A DNA stretch of 64,000 nucleotides from a virus (taxonomy: Duplodnaviria > Caudoviricetes), in IMG/VR virus record IMGVR_UViG_3300042294_003246. One strand, written 5' to 3'. How positions within the stretch are numbered: position 1 is the stretch's first letter; the number at the start of each line of letters is the position of its first letter. Both the position numbers and the translations under genes were made by a program. This document shows, one piece after another, positions 19,309 to 29,229 of this stretch. The notes under the pieces are model-generated. The model was given only the letters and a program-made list of their open reading frames with translations, ran no database searches and had not been told where the DNA came from.

Positions 19309-19944
19309 ATGCCAATAAAAGAACATAACCCATACAAAATAGTAAAAATGTTTGAAGAAGAAATTGCTTCTTACACTGGTGCTAAATATGCAATATCTGT
19401 TGATAGTTGTACAAATGCCTTATTTTTGATGTGTAAATATCATCAAGTTAAAGAAGTTACGATTCCCTCAAAAACATATTTATCTGTCCCTATGAGTATA
19501 ATTAATGCTGGTGGTGAAGTTATTTTTGATAAAAGGGAAATTACAAATCATTGGAGCGGTTTATATCAATTAAAACCATATCCAATTTATGACTCAGCAA
19601 AAAGATTAACATCAAACATGTATATTCCTGGTTCTTATATGGGTTTATCTTTCCATATAAAAAAACAACTTGGTATTGGAAAAGGAGGTATGATACTAAC
19701 GGACGATGAAGTGGCCGCAAAGTGGTTTAAAAAGGCAAGATATGAGGGTAGAAGTGAAAAGTTTTATAAAGAAGATAATATTGAAACAATTGGTTGGAAT
19801 ATGTATATGACACCACAGGAAGCTGCTCATGGACTTTGCCTTTTACAAAATTATCCCGAAAACAATATAGATTTAAATGAAATAAATGGATATAGAGATC
19901 TAACTGATTTCCATATTTTTAAAGATTGTAAAGTAATTAAATAA
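19309..19944 (+). CDS. DegT/DnrJ-type PLP aminotransferase, short form
   Basis: YAISVDSCTNAL, IYDSA, LSFHIKK, GKGGMILTDD; only 211 aa. Confidence 0.85.
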   Translation: MPIKEHNPYKIVKMFEEEIASYTGAKYAISVDSCTNALFLMCKYHQVKEVTIPSKTYLSVPMSIINAGGEVIFDKREITNHWSGLYQLKPYPIYDSAKRLTSNMYIPGSYMGLSFHIKKQLGIGKGGMILTDDEVAAKWFKKARYEGRSEKFYKEDNIETIGWNMYMTPQEAAHGLCLLQNYPENNIDLNEINGYRDLTDFHIFKDCKVIK

Positions 19945-19945
19945 A

Positions 19946-20656
19946 ATGAAACATTCTGTAATTGTAACAGGATTCAATTGTGAGTTATATGCCGAAGAGT
20001 GTATTCGGTCAATTCTGAATCAAACATATGATAATTTTGAAATATTAATTTATAATGATGGGAGCGTTGATTCTACCAAAAAAGTTTTAGAGCAATTCAA
20101 ATCAAATAAAAATATAAAAATATATAACAATGAAACAAATATGGGTGCATTATATGGTAGGTATAACTTAAATAAATTAGCACAAGGTGAAATTGTTTCT
20201 TTTGTTGGTTTAGATGATAAATTAAGTTTAGATGCTTTGGAAATAGTTACTAATTATTATACACCAGAAATAAAAATGACATACGGCAATTGGGTTGATA
20301 TGGACACTAATGTTGTTTTTGAAGTTGAAGAATACAGTGAAGAAACTTTTGAATTAAAATTATTTAGAAAAACAAAATGGAAAGCTACTGCTTTAAACAC
20401 TTTTAGAAAAAGTTTGATTGATACGATACCTGAAACTATTTTAAAAATGGACGGTAATTTTTTTACAAATTGTACAGATTTGGCATACAGTTATCCATGT
20501 TTGGAACAGTGTTCAAAAAAAGAAGTGTCTGTAATAAAAGAACCAATTTATATTTATAGAAAAAATCACCCTAATACTACTTTAAAAAGACTAGGAAGAA
20601 CAAATAAAAATATGGTTAGAGAATATATATCTAAACAAAAAATTTTTAAAATTTAA
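19946..20656 (+). CDS. GT2 glycosyltransferase
   Basis: SVIVTGFN, SILNQTY, NDGSVD, GLDD. Confidence 0.85.
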   Translation: MKHSVIVTGFNCELYAEECIRSILNQTYDNFEILIYNDGSVDSTKKVLEQFKSNKNIKIYNNETNMGALYGRYNLNKLAQGEIVSFVGLDDKLSLDALEIVTNYYTPEIKMTYGNWVDMDTNVVFEVEEYSEETFELKLFRKTKWKATALNTFRKSLIDTIPETILKMDGNFFTNCTDLAYSYPCLEQCSKKEVSVIKEPIYIYRKNHPNTTLKRLGRTNKNMVREYISKQKIFKI

Positions 20657-20662
20657 TTCTCT

Positions 20663-21364
20663 ATGGGAAACCAAGTATTTGACTACTGCATCATAATCAC
20701 CACTTTTGATAGACAGTTGGCACTAAAAAACCTTTTAAAAAAAATTTTACATCAAAAAGGGGATAAAAAAATTCAAATCGTAGTTTTTGATGACGGAGGT
20801 AAAGAAAATCTTATTAATTACGATGAAAATATAAAATATATAAAATTTTCAAATAATCACGGTAAAAAAAAGTTTTGGTATATAATCGATCAGACTTTTA
20901 AATATATAAGGAATATTGAATCAAAATATTATATATACTTACAAGATGACTTATTAGTGGATGATAATTTTATTTTAGACGTTACAAATTTATATGAGAA
21001 TTTAAATGACCACAAAAAAATTTCTTTGGAGTTTAGAACCGATGTAAGAACAAAAAGACCAAATTGGTCAAACTTTACACCAAACATAATTGACAATTAC
21101 ATTCAAACACAATGGGTTGAATTAGATTTTATTGCGGAAAAAAAATTCTTTGAGGTTTTAGATTTCAAAATTAACCCCATTTCAGAAAACAGATGGAACA
21201 AAGACCCAAATTTAAGTTCAGGGGTTGGATACCAATTAACAAAAAGGTTAAATGATTTAGGTTATACAATGTATCATACCAAAGTATCATTAGTTAAACA
21301 TGGTTTTGAAAAATCAAAAATGAACATTAACGAAAGAATGGTTAATGACTTAAATATTTTTTAA
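20663..21364 (+). CDS. GT-A fold glycosyltransferase
   Basis: IIITTFDR, VVFDDG, YLQDD. Confidence 0.75.
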   Translation: MGNQVFDYCIIITTFDRQLALKNLLKKILHQKGDKKIQIVVFDDGGKENLINYDENIKYIKFSNNHGKKKFWYIIDQTFKYIRNIESKYYIYLQDDLLVDDNFILDVTNLYENLNDHKKISLEFRTDVRTKRPNWSNFTPNIIDNYIQTQWVELDFIAEKKFFEVLDFKINPISENRWNKDPNLSSGVGYQLTKRLNDLGYTMYHTKVSLVKHGFEKSKMNINERMVNDLNIF

Positions 21365-21365
21365 G

Positions 21366-22316
21366 ATGAGTAAAATTGTTGTGAATATATCATCATACAA
21401 AAGAAATGATGGTTTAGAAAAAGTAATAAATTCGGTAATTGAAGATTGTGACAAAATAAACGTTGCCTTAAATTCTTATGAAGGTGAAATACCAAAATTT
21501 CTTTTTGACAATAAGATTAATATTTTAATAACTGACAACTCAAAGGGAGATGCTTATAAGTTTTATTTTTTAAATAATACCGAAGATGCTTATTACATTA
21601 CATTAGACGATGATATAATTTACCCTAAAAATTTTATAAAAAAAATCATTCAAAAATGCGACTTTTACGAAAGAAAAAAAGTAATTACTTATCATGGAAG
21701 AAATTTTGAAAATTTCCCTATACAATCATATTACAAATCCAAATCAAAAAGATATCATTTTTTACAAGAGGTCTCGAAAGACACAAAAGTGCAATTTGGA
21801 GGAACAGGATTGATGTGTTTTCATACCAATTTACTTAAAATACCATTTGAATATTTTATATTTCCAAATATGGCCGATGTTTGGTTAGGAAAATATTGTA
21901 TGGAAAATAAAATTGAGATTATTTGTTTGAAACACCTAAAAGGTTATATACAATATATACCACAAAAAACCACAATTTATGATGTAGAATCTAAAAATGA
22001 TTTTATACAAACACAAGTTGTAAATTCTATTTTTAATAAAACGATTAACTTAGAAAATTTAAAAAACTATAATAAAAATAATTCGTTAGAACAAATTCCT
22101 AATATATCAATTCCGCAACCAACTCCACCACCACATGAACCGGTAAAAATTGAAAAAACTTTAGAAATAAATAAAAAAACAATTGATTACCAAAAAGTTA
22201 ATAGAATATTTTCAAATTTACAAAATAATACACAACAAAAACCACAGGTTAATACAAATAATCTGAAACTTAATTCAAAACAAATTTCAACATTTAATAA
22301 AAAGAAATTCAGATGA
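21366..22316 (+). CDS. GT-A fold glycosyltransferase
   Basis: ISSYKR, ITLDDDIIYP, GGTGLM, NMADVW. Confidence 0.75.
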   Translation: MSKIVVNISSYKRNDGLEKVINSVIEDCDKINVALNSYEGEIPKFLFDNKINILITDNSKGDAYKFYFLNNTEDAYYITLDDDIIYPKNFIKKIIQKCDFYERKKVITYHGRNFENFPIQSYYKSKSKRYHFLQEVSKDTKVQFGGTGLMCFHTNLLKIPFEYFIFPNMADVWLGKYCMENKIEIICLKHLKGYIQYIPQKTTIYDVESKNDFIQTQVVNSIFNKTINLENLKNYNKNNSLEQIPNISIPQPTPPPHEPVKIEKTLEINKKTIDYQKVNRIFSNLQNNTQQKPQVNTNNLKLNSKQISTFNKKKFR

Positions 22317-23269
22317 GTTTAAGTGTTATTATACCAACTTATAAAAATGTTATTTTTTTGGATGAACTTTTTTTATCTATAGAAAATAGTAGATATGATA
22401 ATGAATTTGAAGTTTTGATTGGAATTGATAATTGTTATGAAACGATCGATTACATTTATAATAAAGAATTTCCAAAAAACTTTAAGTTTTTTTTCTTTTT
22501 GGAAAATCAAGGTCCCTATCTAATTAAAAATACTTTAGTTGAAATAAGTCAGTATAATAAAATTTTGTTCTTTGATTCTGATGATGTTATTCTGCCAAAT
22601 TTATTTGAGGAAATTGACAGTCAATTAAACATATATGATTTGATCAAACCAAAATATATTGATTTTGAGGATAAGAACAATCAACGAGAGTTCAAACAAC
22701 AAAAAAATACATTTGGTGAGGGAGTTTTTGGGATTAAAAAAGACATATTTTTAAGTATTAATGGATTTGAGGGATGGAGAGTTGCCGCAGACTCAGATCT
22801 TATGTCTCGACTATATAAAATGAATTTAAAAATATTACATACGAATCATATTCTATTTCATAGAAGATTACACAAAAATTCTTTAACAATTCATCCTGAG
22901 ACAAACTTATCATCAAAAATTAGGGCTAAATATTTTTTCATTAGTAAAAATAAACCAAAACATTTTTTAAAATTGGAGGGGCTCAAAACGAGTGAATATA
23001 AAGTTGTTGATATTGAAAATAAAGAATTTACAAAATCTTTGATTGAGTTAAAAGAAGAACACGAAATAACCGAATATGAGAAAAAAAAGTTGAAACACGA
23101 ATCTATTTCTACGATTTTTTCTAATCAACCAAAAAGAGATATTCCGAAAGAACCAAAAAAAATAAATTATGATGCCATTAACAACAACAGATCGATGTTG
23201 TATCATCCTAATTTGAACTCTGCCTTAAAAAAGGCAAAACTTGATAATTTGAAAAAAAAATTTAGATAG
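22313..23269 (+). CDS. GT2 glycosyltransferase
   Basis: SVIIPTY, FFDSDD, GFEGWRVAADSD. Confidence 0.82.
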   Translation: MSLSVIIPTYKNVIFLDELFLSIENSRYDNEFEVLIGIDNCYETIDYIYNKEFPKNFKFFFFLENQGPYLIKNTLVEISQYNKILFFDSDDVILPNLFEEIDSQLNIYDLIKPKYIDFEDKNNQREFKQQKNTFGEGVFGIKKDIFLSINGFEGWRVAADSDLMSRLYKMNLKILHTNHILFHRRLHKNSLTIHPETNLSSKIRAKYFFISKNKPKHFLKLEGLKTSEYKVVDIENKEFTKSLIELKEEHEITEYEKKKLKHESISTIFSNQPKRDIPKEPKKINYDAINNNRSMLYHPNLNSALKKAKLDNLKKKFR

Positions 23270-23297
23270 AATAATATTTTTTCTTATCTTTGTTTTA

Positions 23298-23660
23298 ATG
23301 AAACACCCAAGAAAGGAAGGAAAGGTAATTAGTGATAAGGACATTAAGTTTGTTAAAAAACTTTTGAAAAAAAATCCTATTATTTTTGAAAGTAATATTC
23401 ATATTAAAGATGATTGCTTGGTTGAAATCACAAATATTAGAAAATATGCGAATAGTTGGTATTATGGTTCTAACGCTAAATTTGTGTATGAAGTGGATGT
23501 CAAAGTTAAAAAAAACGATTCTTCCCGTTGGTGTAACTACACAAACACTAACTATAAAAACAGAAGAATAAGATCTTGGAAAACGGAACAACTATTTCGA
23601 GAAGAGTTATGTTATTTTAACATTATGGACTTTTGTATATCAAAGATTTCCTACGAATAG
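23298..23660 (+). CDS. hypothetical protein
   Basis: TATCTTTG at 23285-92, 5 nt before ATG. Confidence 0.65.
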   Translation: MKHPRKEGKVISDKDIKFVKKLLKKNPIIFESNIHIKDDCLVEITNIRKYANSWYYGSNAKFVYEVDVKVKKNDSSRWCNYTNTNYKNRRIRSWKTEQLFREELCYFNIMDFCISKISYE

Positions 23661-23681
23661 AATTCGTCTATATTTATAGAC

Positions 23682-24599
23682 ATGAAAGTTTCACTTACAG
23701 AAGAACAATTTCAAAGAATCCAAACTAAATTCGTTTATGAAAGTATTATAGATGACATGGTGTTCAAACTATCATTAATCATAGAGAATGATGGTAAAAC
23801 CGAACCAGACATGGAATGGGACTTTGAAAATGTTAAAAAGGATATTGATTTAGCAAAATCTTGGGTTCAAACAAAAGAAGATGCCAAAGAGTTTTTACAG
23901 ACTTTGTCTAATAAAATAAAAAACCTACCTTCTCAAATTAAAAGAAAAATTATCAAATATGTGATTTTTTCTTTAATTGGTCTTATTAGTATTGGACAAA
24001 TAAAAAATTATTTAGAACCACCACTTGAAACTGCAGTTAAACAAGAAAAAGAAATTATTAAAAATGTCGTTAAGGATTTAAGGATTAGAAAGTCATCAGA
24101 CAAATTATTAAATCATTTAAAATGGGAAGAAGGTTCAATAATCCATAAAGGTGAACCAGTATTAACGGCTTATAATCTTGGTGATGGTGCAAAAACAATT
24201 GGTTATGGTCATGCTGTGTTTCCTGATGAAGAAGAATCGTTTGAATTTCTTCCAAGATATAATAAAATCATTTCAGGTAAAACCAAAATCACAAAAGAAC
24301 AAGCAGAAACACTACTTAAAGACGATATTAAAGAGGCAGAAAGTATTATCAATAGAATACTAGATCAGTGGGAAGAACAAGGAATTACGCCACCAATAAC
24401 TCAAAGTATGTATGATGCAATGGTGTCTATGGCATACAACATGGGACCTGGTATTAGAACATCCGATTTTATCCAATATGTTAAACGAGGTGATTTGGAA
24501 GGGGCAAAAAAGGAAATACTAAACACAAGTTCTCACATGTTTAACGAATACCCTGGTTTGAAAACAAGACGAGAAAGAGAATATAAAATGTTTGGGTAA
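23682..24599 (+). CDS. GH24 phage lysozyme with N-terminal leader domain
   Basis: LKWEEG...AYNLGDGAKTIGYGH; DAMVSMAYNMG; RREREY; leader MKVSLTEEQ...FVYES; TATTTATA at 23671-78. Confidence 0.85.
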   Translation: MKVSLTEEQFQRIQTKFVYESIIDDMVFKLSLIIENDGKTEPDMEWDFENVKKDIDLAKSWVQTKEDAKEFLQTLSNKIKNLPSQIKRKIIKYVIFSLIGLISIGQIKNYLEPPLETAVKQEKEIIKNVVKDLRIRKSSDKLLNHLKWEEGSIIHKGEPVLTAYNLGDGAKTIGYGHAVFPDEEESFEFLPRYNKIISGKTKITKEQAETLLKDDIKEAESIINRILDQWEEQGITPPITQSMYDAMVSMAYNMGPGIRTSDFIQYVKRGDLEGAKKEILNTSSHMFNEYPGLKTRREREYKMFG

Positions 24600-25255
24600 T
24601 GGATAACGAAAAAATATTAAAACTATTCAAACATTTTGCAGGTGATCCTTTGGACATACATGGTTTGGTTGTTACACCCGTTAAAGTAGAACCATCTGTT
24701 AGAAGAAATGGTAGAACTAACATGTATTTCAGAGTTCAAAACCCGAATGATGTTTCATATTTTTCACCAATTGTTGGGGATTATATTTATGATGAAACAG
24801 AAGACTTTGGGGATTTTGTAAATGAAAAAATTGATGTGTATTTTGTACCAAACTTTAAACAAGGAATTTATTTAAATGAAGAATTAAAATCAAGAATTCA
24901 AAAAGTGTTTAATTCCGTTAAAGAGATTAATTTTACATTAGGAACTCCTTTTATTGGTTATGAAAGATACAAATTATTTATTGAATCAGTTGGTGTATCA
25001 ACAAGTTATTGGGATAATGAAAGTTTTGGTTTATACAATAATGTGAAAGTAGTAAGAGCCGAAAAAGATGGTGAGTGGTGGGATCCTAAAGTTGTTGTAA
25101 GTGAATATCTTAATGACTTTCTACCTGACAAAGAAAGTTACTGGGAAACAGAAAATCTTTACCCCCAAATTGACAACATCTTAAACAATTATCCCCTATT
25201 TAGGGATCCATACGGCAACAATTTAGGTTACTACGATACCAAGTTTATCCAATAA
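24599..25255 (+). CDS. hypothetical protein
   Basis: Coupled to lysozyme stop; converges on uvrC. Confidence 0.7.
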   Translation: MDNEKILKLFKHFAGDPLDIHGLVVTPVKVEPSVRRNGRTNMYFRVQNPNDVSYFSPIVGDYIYDETEDFGDFVNEKIDVYFVPNFKQGIYLNEELKSRIQKVFNSVKEINFTLGTPFIGYERYKLFIESVGVSTSYWDNESFGLYNNVKVVRAEKDGEWWDPKVVVSEYLNDFLPDKESYWETENLYPQIDNILNNYPLFRDPYGNNLGYYDTKFIQ

Positions 25256-26519
25256 CTTTTTTTGATCTTTTTTTACGGTGAAAAGAAATCACAAATCTGT
25301 GAACTTCATTTTGAACTTCAGCAAGCAAAAATCCAAACTCATTTCGTGGAATATCAAATGACGACCCGTCAGTCAAGTGGATTGTTTGAGATTGGTGTTT
25401 GTCGTTTTTGGAAATAGAAATCAAATCAATACGAGATAACAAACCAAGAGATTCAAATACTTGTTTTGCAACACCCAACTGACCTTTACCACCATCAATA
25501 ACAACAAGTGAAGGTAACTCTTGTTTTTCGTTCAAAAGTCTTGTAAAACGACGAGAAAGAACTTCAGTGAATGAAGCGTAGTCATCAGGACCCTCAACAG
25601 TTTTGATGTTAAACTTACGGTAGTTTGACTTATCAGTTTTACCATTCTTGTAACGAACAAGAGCAGACACTTGACAGTCACCACTAGTGTGAGAATTGTC
25701 AAACGCCTCAATCAAAGTAGGAACATTGATAAGACCCAAAGATTCTTTAAACTGACGAGCAACATCATTATACTTTCTAACACGAAAAGGTTCAAGTTTC
25801 TTTTGAAGTGAATCAACAACAGAGATTTTAGTTTTGAACTCTTGAGCTTTCTCAAACTCCATAGAATCAGAAAAATATTTCATAGACTTTTTCAAACGAC
25901 TACGAACCTTGTCAAACTCAAAAGAAAATACTTCTTTCATCTCACTTACAATCTTCTTGTAGGAGAACTTTAGAATGTTTGAAATACAAGGTGCATTACA
26001 ACGACCAAGATGAAACTCCAAACAAGTTTTGAACTTTTCGTTTGAAATGTTTTCTTCAGTCAAGTTGTAAGAACAAGAACGAAGATTGAAGATGTCGTGA
26101 ACCATTTCATAGATCTCATAACAAGAGTTGGAACTTGTAGACTCAAGAAGGATCTGACCTGAAAAGTTAGAAGGATTACAAACTTGTAAACGAGGGAACT
26201 CCTCATCACTCAAAGTAATAAACCAACGACGAGATCTGTCGTCTTTTGCTTTGATGTTGTATTTTGGTTTCAAAGACTTGATAAGTTCGTCCTCCAACAA
26301 AAGAGCCTGTGACTCATCGTTAGTAGTCATGAACTCAACATCACGGATCTCACTCACAAGAGAAGTAGTCTTGATATCCTTGTGATTTTTTTGAAAGTAA
26401 GACTTCACTCGTTTCGGTAAAAACTTTGACTTACCCACATAGATGATCTGACCCTTCTCATTTTTGAAAAGGTAACAACCACTTGATTGGGGAATGTTTG
26501 AAAGTTTCTCTGTAATCAC
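25245..26519 (-). CDS. uvrC: excinuclease UvrC lacking the C-terminal HhH domain
   Basis: GCYLFK..IIYVGKS; CLEFHLGRCNAPC; UVR domain; IEAFDNSH, YRKFNIK, DDYASF, VIDGGKGQL; GTG start 26519 just after TATATTTG (26531-26524). Confidence 0.9.
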   Translation of the reverse strand: MITEKLSNIPQSSGCYLFKNEKGQIIYVGKSKFLPKRVKSYFQKNHKDIKTTSLVSEIRDVEFMTTNDESQALLLEDELIKSLKPKYNIKAKDDRSRRWFITLSDEEFPRLQVCNPSNFSGQILLESTSSNSCYEIYEMVHDIFNLRSCSYNLTEENISNEKFKTCLEFHLGRCNAPCISNILKFSYKKIVSEMKEVFSFEFDKVRSRLKKSMKYFSDSMEFEKAQEFKTKISVVDSLQKKLEPFRVRKYNDVARQFKESLGLINVPTLIEAFDNSHTSGDCQVSALVRYKNGKTDKSNYRKFNIKTVEGPDDYASFTEVLSRRFTRLLNEKQELPSLVVIDGGKGQLGVAKQVFESLGLLSRIDLISISKNDKHQSQTIHLTDGSSFDIPRNEFGFLLAEVQNEVHRFVISFHRKKRSKKVIG

Positions 26520-26614
26520 AATACAAATATAGTGAAAATCTTTCAAATAATAACATAAACATCATAAACTTTCATTGGCCCAAACCTAATTATTTTTTTG
26601 TCGTATTTATGTGT

Positions 26615-27670
26615 ATGAAACTAATATCTTTTATAGTATCTATATTTCTATTTTTCATTAGTTTATCACAAACTCAAACCGTAACTTTTAATTATACAGG
26701 TGCTGTTCAAACATGGGTTGTTCCACCTTGTGTTACTTCTATCAATGTAGTCGCCGCAGGAGCAAAAGGTGGAGGTGCTATTGGAGGAAACGGAGCAAGA
26801 ATAACCGCAACAATAGCCGTAACACCAGGTCAAACTCTGAATATATATGTTGGTGGAATGGGGACATGTGGAAATAATTCAGGAGGATGGAATGGTGGAG
26901 GAACAGGATATGCTTCTAACCCTGCGAATGTAACATATAATTCTTGTGGTGGTGGAGGTGCAACTGATATTAGAATTGGAGGAACCGCACTTGCAAATAG
27001 AGTAATTGTTGCAGGAGCGGGTGGTGGTAAAGGTGGAGGATCAAACACAAATACACCTGGTGGTGGAGCCTTATGTAATAACGGAGCAAACGGAGGAAAT
27101 ACCTTTGGTGCTGGCGGTGGAGGAGGAACACAAGTTGCAGGAGGAAATGGTGGTGCTCCTTGGGCAGGAACACCTCCTGGTGGTCAAGCAGGAACATTAG
27201 GTCAAGGTGGAAATGGTGGATTTTGGCAAACGGCATCAGGTGGCGGTGGCGGTGGCGGTCGTTATGGCGGTGGCGGTGGAGGAAATGATGGATGTTGCAC
27301 TGGTGCTAACGGTGGAGGTGGTGGCGGTGGAGGATCTTCACTTGTCCCTGTTGGAGGAACTTGTTTACCCACAAACAACACAGGACACGGATATTTAACA
27401 ATCACTTACACACCCGTTAATTTGGTGGTTAACCCAACCTCAACAAATGTCACATGTTTTGGATTATGTGATGGAACCGCAAACTCAAATGTAACAACAC
27501 CAGGGGCCACTTTTCTTTGGTCACCGGGAGGACAAACAACCCCTTCAATATCAAATCTTTGTCCTGGCACATATACCGTAACGGTAAATATAAGTGGTTG
27601 CACAGCAACAGGATCTGTAACTATAACCCAACCTAATCAAATATTGTTAGGTCCAATAAACCATAATTAA
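26615..27670 (+). CDS. secreted glycine-rich-domain protein with SprB-like repeat
   Basis: Signal peptide ending SLS-Q; TFNYTGAVQTW..GGGATDIR..VAGAGGG; TNVTCFGLCDG; ends LGPINHN; TATTTATG at 26604. Confidence 0.8.
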   Translation: MKLISFIVSIFLFFISLSQTQTVTFNYTGAVQTWVVPPCVTSINVVAAGAKGGGAIGGNGARITATIAVTPGQTLNIYVGGMGTCGNNSGGWNGGGTGYASNPANVTYNSCGGGGATDIRIGGTALANRVIVAGAGGGKGGGSNTNTPGGGALCNNGANGGNTFGAGGGGGTQVAGGNGGAPWAGTPPGGQAGTLGQGGNGGFWQTASGGGGGGGRYGGGGGGNDGCCTGANGGGGGGGGSSLVPVGGTCLPTNNTGHGYLTITYTPVNLVVNPTSTNVTCFGLCDGTANSNVTTPGATFLWSPGGQTTPSISNLCPGTYTVTVNISGCTATGSVTITQPNQILLGPINHN

Positions 27671-27679
27671 AATAAAAAA

Positions 27680-28246
27680 ATGAAAAAATTATTTGTATTA
27701 CTATTCATGTTTTTGACTACAACACTTTTTGGTCAATTAACAACAAACAATCCCGACACAATTTGTTTTCAATCAGGAACCCTTTCTCAATACACCGTTA
27801 CTTCAGTTGGTAATGGAAACTATAACTGGACAATCCCTGCGTGTGCAACAATCCAATCAGGGCAAGGAACAAATACAATATTTGTCAATTGGTCCAATTG
27901 TCCTGCGGGTCTTATCAATAATGGTGTGTCGGTTACTTATACAAGTCCTCAAGGGTGTTTTTCACCAGCGGTTAACCTAAATGTTTTAATTTATAATGTT
28001 GTTCCAACAATAACTCAAATTGGACCATTTTGTTCAACAGATCCATGTGTTCCTTTAGTTGGAACTCCTGCGGGTGGGATTTGGTCGGGACCTGGTGTTG
28101 TTAATGGTCAATTCTGTCCTCAAACTGCGGGAGCAGGAACACACACAATATCTTATTTATATTCAAACGGAGGATGTTCATTTTCAACAACAATAAACGT
28201 AGTTGTAAACCCATTACCAACATTAACACCAATATCACATAACTAA
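27680..28246 (+). CDS. secreted PKD/Ig-like protein
   Basis: Signal peptide ending LFG-Q; DTIC, YNWT, GPFC, GIWSG; ends LTPISHN. Confidence 0.78.
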   Translation: MKKLFVLLFMFLTTTLFGQLTTNNPDTICFQSGTLSQYTVTSVGNGNYNWTIPACATIQSGQGTNTIFVNWSNCPAGLINNGVSVTYTSPQGCFSPAVNLNVLIYNVVPTITQIGPFCSTDPCVPLVGTPAGGIWSGPGVVNGQFCPQTAGAGTHTISYLYSNGGCSFSTTINVVVNPLPTLTPISHN

Positions 28247-28815
28247 TGAAACAATTATTGTTTTTGTTTTTATTTTTTAGTTTAACTTGTTTTTCACAAC
28301 AAGAATTTGAAATATGTGAAAGTTCAAATACCGTGACATATTCAACTTCAATTGATATGAGTGGAACTATTGAATGGTTTTTGAATGGTTTCAGTTTAGG
28401 AAACGGAAACGATATGAGTATTACATATAGTCAACCTGGTGATTATCAAATAGTGGCGGTTGGTTATAATGATTTAGGATGTCCAGGTCCACCTGTTGTG
28501 TATAATGTGAGTGTAACAAAATGTGATCCCTTAATTTATTGGGTCCCAAATTCTTTTACACCCGATAATAATGAATTTAATCAAACGTGGGGACCAGTAA
28601 TAACAAGTGGGATTTCTTTAGAAAACTTTGAACTTACGGTTTATAATAGGTGGGGAAATATTGTTTGGCAAAGTAAAAACGCAAATACAAATTGGGACGG
28701 AACATATAATGGTAGTTTTGTTCCTGATGGAACATACTCTTGGATTATGAAAATTGACTTATTAGACTCTGATGAATTGAAAGTTATTTCAGGTTTTGTT
28801 ACTATTATCAAATAA
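28246..28815 (+). CDS. secreted protein with T9SS type B (gliding-motility C-terminal) domain
   Basis: Signal peptide ending CFS-Q; VPNSFTPD, VYNRWG, WDGTYNG, DGTYSW. Confidence 0.88.
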   Translation: MKQLLFLFLFFSLTCFSQQEFEICESSNTVTYSTSIDMSGTIEWFLNGFSLGNGNDMSITYSQPGDYQIVAVGYNDLGCPGPPVVYNVSVTKCDPLIYWVPNSFTPDNNEFNQTWGPVITSGISLENFELTVYNRWGNIVWQSKNANTNWDGTYNGSFVPDGTYSWIMKIDLLDSDELKVISGFVTIIK

Positions 28816-28824
28816 AATTGATAT

Positions 28825-29175
28825 ATGGAAATAACTAAAATAAATTATAAAGAAGTTTATGAAAACTTCAAGGAAGTAAAACCAGATCTTTTAGATGAAT
28901 ATGCGACTTACTACGGATGTTATATCAAAGACAAGTTAGTTGGAATTGTTTCTTATGTTGAACATGATTCAGTTATTTATTTGTGCCATGCTTATGTTTT
29001 AGAAGAGTATAGAGATAGGGGAATCTACAAATTACTTTGGAACTATAGAGATTCAAAAATACATGATACAGAAAAAACAATCTATGCTCACTGTAATGTT
29101 GATAGTTTGAAATACTTTATTAACAACGGTTTCTCTATTGAGAAAGCACTTTTCAAAGTTGTTAAAAACAAATAA
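28825..29175 (+). CDS. GNAT family acetyltransferase
   Basis: LVGIV...YVLEEYRDRGIY...YFINNGF. Confidence 0.7.
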   Translation: MEITKINYKEVYENFKEVKPDLLDEYATYYGCYIKDKLVGIVSYVEHDSVIYLCHAYVLEEYRDRGIYKLLWNYRDSKIHDTEKTIYAHCNVDSLKYFINNGFSIEKALFKVVKNK

Positions 29176-29229
29176 AAAAGTTTCAATATTTTCTTTTTTA
29201 TGTCATTTACATTTACTATATTTTAGTAT

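Noticed and set aside
26700-27350. G-rich island as foreign DNA or regulatory repeat
   Set aside because: Explained by GGT/GGA/GGC codons of the glycine-rich domain.
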